Source of the DNA: Geosiphon pyriformis uo1
Taxonomy: Eukaryota > Fungi > Glomeromycota
Reading direction: 5' to 3'
Assembly (NCBI GenBank): GCA_016748015.1
Contig: JAAOMT010000409.1
Location: 1 to 9,687, forward strand
Length of the DNA: 9,687 nt
Part shown: positions 1-8,300 of the stretch, piece after piece
Numbering within the stretch: position 1 is the stretch's first letter
Layout: the number at the start of each line of letters is the position of its first letter
Position numbers and translations under genes: made by a program
The notes under the pieces: generated by a model
Seen by the model: only the letters and a program-made list of their open reading frames with translations
Databases searched by the model: none
Told to the model about the DNA's origin: nothing

Positions 1-1510
1 GTACTACCCGTACAACCCAGATTCCACTCCATCCCCAATCTACCCTAGTAGTACCGTAGGGAATATAGACCCTCCAATTATACCACCAAGACCCCAATAC
101 CAACAATTAGTACAAGAGGTACCATATCCCAAATATCCCTGACCCCCTTTACCCTCTATACTCCATATCCCATCTCCTCTCTACCCAGTATCACATACCC
201 ACCATCCCTAGTACACCAAATACCACTCAATTAGCAATACCTCTAAAGACTAAAAGATACGATGTATGGTAGCCATAACCACTAACACTCAAGCTAATAA
301 GATCACCAATGAGGTCCAGGATATACACTAAAATAGCGCATGCAAACTAACAATGTATAGCCGATATACACCATACCCACACCACTATGGGTTGTAAGGA
401 GTAGGTAGCCAGCAGCCCAATAGCAGGGAACTAACACTACCAAGGATAATGCTTGCTGCAGTGTAAGTATAATGCCCTAATGCAATAGACACCTTAGTAC
501 TAACTAATAATACAATAAGATTACTACCAACCTAGAGATGGTACCAATTAGCCTCAAATACCATAGATAGTGAAGTCTCGGTAGTTTATAGCCCAATAGG
601 TGCCCCAAAGTACAGCCACTGAATCCCCACGGTACCAACTAATGCCAGAATCATACCAGCCAAGATCAAATGGGGTCCATTGCCAAAGTACTAACTTAGG
701 TAAGGATAGACACACAAACTATATAACCATCACAAGGATCATTTAAAGGTTAGTGGAAGTTGAATTTGAGCCTGGGATAGGGTAGCCAATTAGTTAGTAC
801 TCCGATTGGGCCTGCTCCCCAACTATGGTAATTTACACTTTGGGATCATGGGAATTCCACTCTGGTAGTAGCCAGTACCTACTAAGATAAGATATAACCA
901 CCATTGAACAATAACTACCAATAATGAGGATACTGTAAGGATCATGCTAAGATCATTTAAGGGAGCCTATTCGATTGTATGGGCCCCACTACAATAGTGG
1001 TTTAAGCTAAAATGACACTACCAGCATAGGATAGCATCAATTTCACCCCTAACCTGAAGCACCTAAACTCTACAAAGGTAGTTTCATATCTCATGGTAAG
1101 ATCCACAAGTTTTATTGGTGTGGGAAGGACTATTGTAGGTCCCCTAATAGGCTGCCCAGTAGCCAATAATCAAGCAAGAGTTCAAACTACAAACACTCTA
1201 TAGGTATTCAATGGTACCTCCTAGCTATAGGGAACTATGAAGACTCCACAGCATCCCTAATCGAGGTATCTACGTTGGTAAGACACATAGCACTTTGAGA
1301 AGGATCATATTTAGAAATATTACCGACCTGACACTATGAACAACCACTACCATTGCTAAGATAGGGAACTACCAATTAGAGTAGCCCTAATAGACAACGG
1401 ATCGATTGCCCAAAGAGTAGGCACCAAATGAGGTCCCCAATAGGATACAATGACACACTGTAGTGGAAGTTTGAATTAAGCCTGGCAGCCCTATCTACTA
1501 TCCCCAATGA
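1..1510 (+). repeat. Terminal direct repeat, copy 1 (1510 bp)
   Basis: GTACTACCCGTACAACCCAG... at 1 recurs at 8178. The window end ...CTACTATCCCCAATGA equals 1495-1510. Internal spot checks (284/8461, 1184/9361) keep the 8177 offset with no mismatch seen. Confidence 0.97.
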
Positions 1511-1520
1511 CACACCGTAG
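229..1520 (+). rRNA. rrs: Extremely divergent bacterial/plastid-type SSU (16S) rRNA, copy A (approx. E. coli 240 to 1200-1400; boundaries approximate)
   Basis: Colinear landmarks matched by eye: ATTAGC 230; TACGATG..GTAGCC 258-274; GGTCCAG 313; ACAATG 350; CTATGGGTTGTAA 385-397; GCCAGCAGCC 408-417 (530 loop); GGAAGTTGAATT 755 (cf. GAAAGTGGAATT); CTGGTAGT 862; ATTG-TAT-GGGCCC-CACTACAATA-GTGGTTTAA 974-1005 (cf. ATTGACGGGGGCCCGCACAAGCGGTGG..GTGGTTTAA); CATGGT 1092; TAGGTCCC 1136 (cf. TAAGTCCC); AGTAGCCA 1158 (cf. AGTTGCCA); GGGAACT..AGACT 1230-1245; AAGACACATAGCACTT 1280 (cf. AAGTCATCATGGCCCTT); ACACACCG 1510. Order and rough spacing agree with 16S, but each motif is short. Confidence 0.62.
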
Positions 1521-1554
1521 CCATTGAGCCCTTTGGTCAGATCCCAATATGCCG

Positions 1555-2330
1555 GCTACCTAGATCTCCACTAACTAGGATTGGAACTATAGTAGCCGCC
1601 TACTCTGGTAACCTCCCCAGGGGTTAGAAGTAACACTTGAACTATCCCCCATCAAATAGAGGTAAGAGCCCAAATAGAGGTTCCCTATAAGTACCCACAA
1701 GATAGCCATAGCCAGAGTGAGTACTATCTCAGGTCTAATTAACCTAATAGGCACCACCACTCCCGAGATAGGCATAATACCTCCACTATTTAGTCCAATG
1801 ATAAGGCCCTGTAGCCAATATAGCAATCCCAGAGGTAAGACAACCTGCCATATATAGGATGAGATCCCACTGGATTTGAAGTCCAATCGTAGCCAACCCA
1901 ATTCCACTAATAATTAAAAAGATAAAAGTAACACTTTAACAGTAGGTAGCAAGTGTAAAGTACACATACACTAACCATAATGCACCATGGATCTAGGGTC
2001 CGATGGTAAGGCCCCATATATAAGATCCCAATAGACCAACTACCTCAATAGGGAACTACAAAATTGTAAGTAGTTTGGAAGTAGTATTAGCCCTAATGAG
2101 GCACAATGCTATAGACACCATCCCATACCTATTCGAGAGGGGTCCATTGCCATTGGCTTTACACTGTAGCCAGTAGCCATACCAGGTAACCATACACCAA
2201 CACCAACTAATAAGATCGAATGAGTTTAAAGGATTGAAGGTAGCGCGATAGGGAACTATTGCCCATTTACAACGGATCTCATAGTTACCCAATACCACCA
2301 GATCCAAAAGTTGAATTCCCAATGAGTAGG
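1555..2330 (+). rRNA. Second, independently diverged partial SSU rRNA copy B (5' and central domains, approx. E. coli 10-690); fragment or pseudogene
   Basis: Colinear motifs: GATC..AGGAT..GAAC 1563-1587; TAACACTTG 1631 (cf. TAACACATG); GTGAGTA 1717; TAATACC 1775; TAGC..GAGGTAA 1821-1838; AGGATGA..CACTGGA..GTCCA 1856-1885; TGTAAAGTAC 1954; GACCAACTAC 2034 (cf. GGCTAACTAC); TATTAGCCCTAATG 2085 (cf. TATTGGGCGTAAAG); AAAGTTGAATTCCCA 2307. It also shares private words with copy A, e.g. GGGGTCCATTGCCA at 672 and 2139. Confidence 0.48.
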
Positions 2331-2399
2331 TCCAGGTATTCTACCCATACCCATAACCCAGACCCCAATCCACCAATACCAACTACCACCTCTATCCCA

Positions 2400-3290
2400 C
2401 AATACCACTACTAGTACCATAGGGACTCCTAAATATTCCACTCCAACCCCCAGGACCCAAGTAGTACCCTAGGTACTATCATATCCCCTAGTACAAAATA
2501 TCCCCATATCCACGTACAAAGATTCCCTACCCACTACTACTACTACAATAGGTACCATCACTAGGACCCCCTATACCCAACCATATCCCCCTATTCTACC
2601 CATATGTCCCCATCCCCAATATCCCAGTACCCAAGATCCCAACCATTAATACCTATAGGACCCTCCCCCTATACATCCCCCTAGTACTTTGTACTATCAT
2701 CCGTACCTATCTCCCTAGATACCTATCTCCCATCACTACTACTCTATCTCCAATATCCCCATATCCCCCCAGTACCCAAGGTCTTCTATACCTTAGATCC
2801 CAACCATTCCTCCATACCCACCCACCATTAGTACCTAGATTCCCTACTCTACCCACTACCTATTATACCTATTTACCCCATGAGTACCAGATATGCCCCA
2901 TCACACCATCTTCCCTATTCTAAACCTCTGCCAAGATCCCCTCTACCCCAGATCCACCATACTCTCTATCCCCAACGCCACTAGGTACTACCCATCCCCG
3001 TACCTATCTGCCCAATCTCCCATATGCCCATACCCACCATACCCTAGGACACTCCCCCCTTCTACCCCTCTATACCCAAGACTCTAGTCCCCTATTACCT
3101 ATACTACCTATAGACCCAACCATGAGTACCCATAATACCAAATACCACTTCCCCCAGTCCATAGGTACTACCCCCTTCACTATCTCCCATATTCCCTACT
3201 ATCCATCCCAACCATAGGTCCTCTACAATAGGGACTATCCCTATGACACTCCATCCGCAAGATCCCCCATGAGTACCCTAGGTACCACAA
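2400..3290. repeat. Same GTAC-arm pseudo-palindrome family, left flank
   Basis: GTAC-CATAG-GGAC 2416; TAGTACC-CTA-GGTACTA 2462-2478 (7-bp stem); GTAC-CCTAG-GTAC 3273. CCATGAGT at 2878, 3120 and 3267. Confidence 0.75.
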
Positions 3291-3472
3291 CCAAACCACG
3301 CCCATCCAGGAGCACAGACTACCCAATACCCATACCATGACATCCTCCACACAGGATCATACCTACCATCCACAACCCACACCCACACATGCCCCAGTAC
3401 CTATCCACACCATACCCAAATACCCATCTATACCCAACCCCTACAAACCACACTCTCCACCCAACCCCATTT

Positions 3473-5259
3473 GTGCCAGGCAACCATCCACACCAACACT
3501 ACCCATTGGAGCACACACCATACAACCGCCCTTATAGGAGCACTATCACTACCACCCATACCAACCATCCACATACTACCCACCCACATTCCACAGGATC
3601 GCGATACCCCCTACTACCCAATACCAATCCACACATGCCCTACTACCCCATTATCGATACAACCCACCCATACCACAAGTGCCATAGGCACCATTCCACA
3701 CATCCATATCCTCCCCTGGGTGCAAGAGGCAACCACACATACCATATTCCACAATACCACCCATCCACTATCCACATTCCACACTGGTGCAAAAGGCTAC
3801 CACAATACCAAAGCCCAATAAAACCCCAGGGCCATAGGCCCCTCCAGACTACCCATGCCTACCAATCAACTGCTACCCTATAGGATCGATACCTCCCACA
3901 AGATACCCACAGGACCCCACACTACAACACATACCCAACATACCAGACCCACACACAATTTGTGCAATAGGCACCACCATACATCCCATATTACCCCACA
4001 ACCACCCTAGGTGCCAAATGCCCATCCCATACCATCCATTACACAGGAGCATACATCTACCATACCACATACCCATACTTCCACACCCATCCCATACAGG
4101 TGCCATAGGCCATACAACACAGGACCCATTCCTTACTATCATACTACCCAATACCTACTACCCCATTTCCCAAAGCCCATGCTCGTCCCCAATACTATAC
4201 TACACATGTGCAATAGGCACCCAATACCTCTACAAACTCCCTACATCCATCCACTACCACATACCCATCCAACAAATCCACCATAAACCCACCTACCCAT
4301 CCATCCAAGGCTGCCTCCAATACCATACCCCTCCAATCCCCACAACTACAGGACCACAATACCACTGCTCAGCATACCTCACACTGGCTTGCCACAGTAC
4401 CTACCAAACCCTATTTGCTTGCCCCGTACCACACTGCCCATCAACCCCAAAGTGCCCAGGCACAACCCATTACACATTACACCATACCCTAATACCTATC
4501 CACCACTCACATTCAACCCAGGTGCCCTGGCCAGACTACCATTTACCACACCCAAGGTGCCAAATGCCTACATACCCTATTCCCCACCACCATAGGTGCC
4601 ATAGGCCCCCATTACCAGTACCATCCACATTCCACCATACCCATCCACATTCCACAATACCCATCAGGATCGATACCCACGTGCCAAAGGCTACCACACT
4701 ACCTATAGGATCACACACTGGTGGCACAGGCACCCAATACCTCCCCTCTAGGACCCAAGCCTACTACCCATATCCCTACTACTACCCTCAGACTCCCCCA
4801 ATACCCATCCATACCTATAAGCACCCAACCCTAGGTGCCAAAGGCCCCACAGACCTGAGGAGCAATACCTACATTAAATAGGGCAATAGGCACCACAATA
4901 CCCATCAACAAGACTACTCAAAATACCACACTACTCCACAAACAACTCCACTAGGGCCATAGGCCCATCCACATCCCACAAGATACCCCCATATACCACA
5001 TGCCCATACCCATACCCAACACTACTCTAGGAGCACATACCACATACCCAATACCTACCACCATGAGTATCCTAGAGGACCACAAGTACTCCATCCTCCA
5101 CGACCGACCATGAGTCCCCTATACCCAGTCCCAGAGGTACTCTACCTACCCTTATCCACAATAGGTCCACCAGACCCTTAGACCCCAGAGGTCCCATCAC
5201 ACATTCTACCCATACTACCAAATGCCCTATGACCACTTTTCCCCATAGGCAATAGGCAC
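3473..5259. repeat. Dispersed array of ~17 GC-arm pseudo-palindromes, consensus GTGC-MAWAG-GCMC; candidate core/origin region
   Basis: GTGCCATAGGCAC 3679; GGGCCATAGGCCC 3829 and 4954; GTGCAATAGGCAC 3962 and 4208; GTGCCATAGGCC 4100 and 4596; GTGCCCAGGCAC 4452; GTGCCAAAGGC 4681 and 4835; GTGCAAGAGGCA 3720; GTGCAAAAGGC 3787; GGCAATAGGCAC 4882 and 5248. The repeats are seen directly; origin function is inference. Confidence 0.8.
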
Positions 5260-8200
5260 TACATCATCCACTAGACCCACCATACACCATAACCAAATAC
5301 CACAACAACTCTACCATACCACCAATTCTACCCAACCATCCACCAAGACTCCCTCTCCCCATCCCTATGACTCTCCATCCTCAAGGACCACCAGGAGTAC
5401 CCATAATACCCATACCACTATTACCCATTCCCCAATAGTACCCATCCCCCAATACCCATCCAACCCCTATAACACTAGTACCCTAGTATCCCCTATTCCC
5501 TATGTCCCCAATGTCCCATTCTACCCTATGTCCTATATTCCACCATACCATCATACCCAAGATCCCACCATCTCACAAATAGTACAATAGGTACCCATTA
5601 GTCCCATAGGTATTATACCCCATATCCCCATATGCCCCATATCCCCAATACTATATCCCCTCTACTAGACCCAACCATATCACACCTACCATTACTACCT
5701 AGATCCCATACCCAATACGTACCACTAGGTCTCTAGTCCACCATACTCGTACCCTATGCCCATATGCCCCATATACCAAATACCCACCATATCCACAATC
5801 TACCATTCTACCCATATCCCACCATGAGTACCAAATATCCCCACCATTCTCTCTACTAGTACCCCACTCTACACTAGTACCTGGTACTCTCACCCAGAAC
5901 CACTATTACAAATGTCCCACAATACCAAATCCCTACCCCATCACTAGTCCAACAGGTCCTCCATTATCCCTATGACCCAACCATGAGTCCCTAATACCTC
6001 TACTCCATGTGTCCCAAGGAGGACCACAGGTCTTACCCAATACCAACCATATCCACTATATGACCCAGACCCTAATACAATAGGTACTACATCAAATACC
6101 CAGATTCCCACCACCATCATACCCCATCCCCTCTTACCCATTCTACAACAGGGACTCTCATATCCACCATACCCCTTATACCCAGATTCCCTATCTGACC
6201 AAATGTCCTACCTCATACATAATCCTACCCATAATACCCATGTCATACATCAATACCCATAACTATTACCCATTCCCCATAGGACCGGGGTCCTACTCTC
6301 CCATAGACCCTATCTGACCCATAACCCAGTACCACAATATCCATTATACCCCAATAGTACAAAAGGTCAGACATCACCCATTCTACCCATCCTACCAGAG
6401 ACCCTCTACCCATACCCCAGATCCCCTATCCCCTATCATACCTCCACCATACCAAATATCCCTCTATCCAGTACCAAATCCCACAACAAGGACCGTAGGT
6501 CGATACAGACCCATACCATCCACCATACCCTAAAACCAAATACCACCATTATACCTCTACCACTACCGAGTCCCGTGGTACTATATACCCAGATTACCCC
6601 CTCTTCCCCAATACCCCAGGCCCATATACCCAGTCACAAGAGGTATTAGACCCATCATACACTCCCCCCCATTAGGACCGTAGGTCCTCTATCCCCTATT
6701 ACCCAGTACCCATCTACCCTATCTCCCATACCCTAGATCCCTTAGTACAATGAGTACCCATATTCCCCATTACCCACTCTACCATTCTACCACCATCTCC
6801 AATCTAACCCATAGTACCGTAGGGACTCTATCCTACCCTATCTCCACTACTAGTACCTCATACCCTATATCACACCAGAGTCCCGTGGTACTACACCCTT
6901 ATCTCCAATCATACCCACTACCCATAGATGTCCCACCATTCCCACTACTAGTACAGAGGTACTCTACCATCTGCCCAGACCCTATCTCCCCTATGACCAT
7001 TCCCACCCACTATGACCCATTGGTACGGAGGTCCCTACCCACACCCTAGAAGACAATAGGTACTCCACCATACCTCATACCCACTCTACCAACCACTACC
7101 ACTAATACCAGATACCCTTACCAGTCCCCACTATCCCATACCCATGATACCAGACGACAGGTACTCCTATATCCCATATTACCCATATCCCACCAGTACC
7201 TGGGACTATCCATACTCCTCTATCCCCACTACCCATTAGGACATACGGTACTACTAGATCCCATTATACCTATCACAACCACTATTCCACCATACCCACT
7301 CTACCATAGACCAGGACCCATTACCCATATTACCCATATTCCCCAGATGCCCTATCATACCAATACCCATGAGTCCCCTATCTCCCATACCAAATGTCCC
7401 CTATGAGTACACTAGGTCCTCTCTCCTCAGACAACAGGTCCTCCAATACCATATTCACTAGACCCGTACCTACATCCCATATGACCCCTATTAGTACCCT
7501 TATACCCCATCCACCAGGAGTCCCCATCAGACCTACCATACCAAGATTCCCTATATCATACCCACCATACCCTACTACCATCTGTACTACCCAATCGACC
7601 CATTCCCCACATCTAGTCCAAAAGGTATGACAATACCTCATATCCCATACCCCAATAGTACCATTTGTACTCCAATATCCCCTAATACCAGAGTATTACC
7701 CTAATTACTCTACATAACCTATAACCCCAGAGTCCCCTGAATACCTATCTCCCCTATGCCCATAATCCACTCCATCTAGTCCGAGGTACTATACTAACCC
7801 ACCATGTCCCCTATATACAATAGGTACTCTCATCTGCCCATACCACCCAGAGGACCCTAGGTACTACTAATACCACTATGTCCCTACTACCCATACTACC
7901 CTAATCCAAGAGGTATTACAATACCCCTAGACCTATCTCACACAATGCCTATAGTACCTATCATACCCATATGCCCTATCTTACCCAATACCCACTCTCC
8001 CCTATAACCCAGACACTACTACCCTAGATCCCTCTACTCCCTACTACCCACTATCCCAACCACTATTACCCATATTCTCCATCTATCCCAACCAGACCCA
8101 GGACCCAATAGTACCAAATATGCCTGACCCACCATGTTTCCTATTACCCATTACCCTACTACAAAATAGTACCCTTTGTACTACCCGTACAACCCAGATT

Positions 8201-8300
8201 CCACTCCATCCCCAATCTACCCTAGTAGTACCGTAGGGAATATAGACCCTCCAATTATACCACCAAGACCCCAATACCAACAATTAGTACAAGAGGTACC
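5061..8300. repeat. Dispersed GTAC/GGAC/GTCC-arm pseudo-palindromes (arm-N5-arm) and CCATGAGT words, right flank
   Basis: GTAC-AATAG-GTAC 5582; AGGAC-CGTAG-GTCCT 6674; GTAC-CGTAG-GGAC 6814; AGTAC-CATTT-GTACT 7657; TAGTAC-CCTTT-GTACTA 8167; GTAC-AAGAG-GTAC 8287 (= 110). CCATGAGT at 5061, 5108, 5822, 5981 and 7367. Confidence 0.75.

Larger units (their letters stand above)
1..8177. other. Putative 8177-bp circular minichromosome (organellar minicircle-like) with one RNA-gene region and ~6 kb non-coding
   Basis: Terminal redundancy reaches both window ends. No rep, capsid, transposase or other recognisable CDS. One gene-like island plus a long motif-rich non-coding region is the layout known for dinoflagellate plastid minicircles. 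The taxonomic assignment is inference. Confidence 0.65.

Noticed and set aside
49-63. AGTACCGTAGGGAA resembling 23S rRNA AGTACCGTGAGGGAA; also AAGGTAGCG at 2237
   Set aside because: Isolated matches with no colinear LSU neighbours. The first is a member of the GTAC-N5 element family (near copy at 6813).
1-1510. Interpretation of the terminal repeats as LTRs or phage terminal repeats
   Set aside because: No TG..CA ends, PBS/PPT, gag/pol or phage genes. The repeat runs exactly to both window edges and cuts through a palindrome and the rRNA-like region, as expected for assembly overlap.
2193-2204. GGTGTTGGTGTA on the - strand, one mismatch from kinetoplast minicircle CSB-3 (GGGGTTGGTGTA)
   Set aside because: Single imperfect hit in a G/T-rich strand, with no CSB-1/CSB-2 at the expected spacing, no A-tract bend and no gRNA cassette repeats.
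1560-2322. Hydrophobic - strand translations faintly resembling Nad5/antiporter motifs (YSVKPMAMDPSR, IEVVGLLGSY, PLGRLPE), including ORFs 1587-1907 and 2056-2322
   Set aside because: They need several frameshifts and stop read-throughs, and key residues are missing. G/T-rich strands naturally give L/V/G/W-rich peptides. The + strand SSU landmarks explain the region better. A frameshift-aware HMM search would settle it.
229-2330. Bacterial rrn-only plasmid (Aureimonas type) or a tRNA gene array
   Set aside because: No intact 16S/23S/5S or rep gene, and the divergence is far beyond free-living bacteria. Apart from one UCA arm, anticodon-like loops lack pairing stems and T-loops.
4018-4881. 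287-aa + strand ORF, and the other P/T/H/Y/I-rich ORFs between 2893 and 7630
   Set aside because: The amino-acid content mirrors the C/A-rich, G-poor DNA, in which stop codons are rare. Overlapping ORFs are open in several frames at once, with no domain motifs or RBS.
3473-5259. CRISPR-like reading of the spaced palindromic repeats
   Set aside because: The repeats are only ~13 bp, degenerate and irregularly spaced. The intervening DNA is low-complexity rather than unique spacers, and there are no cas genes.
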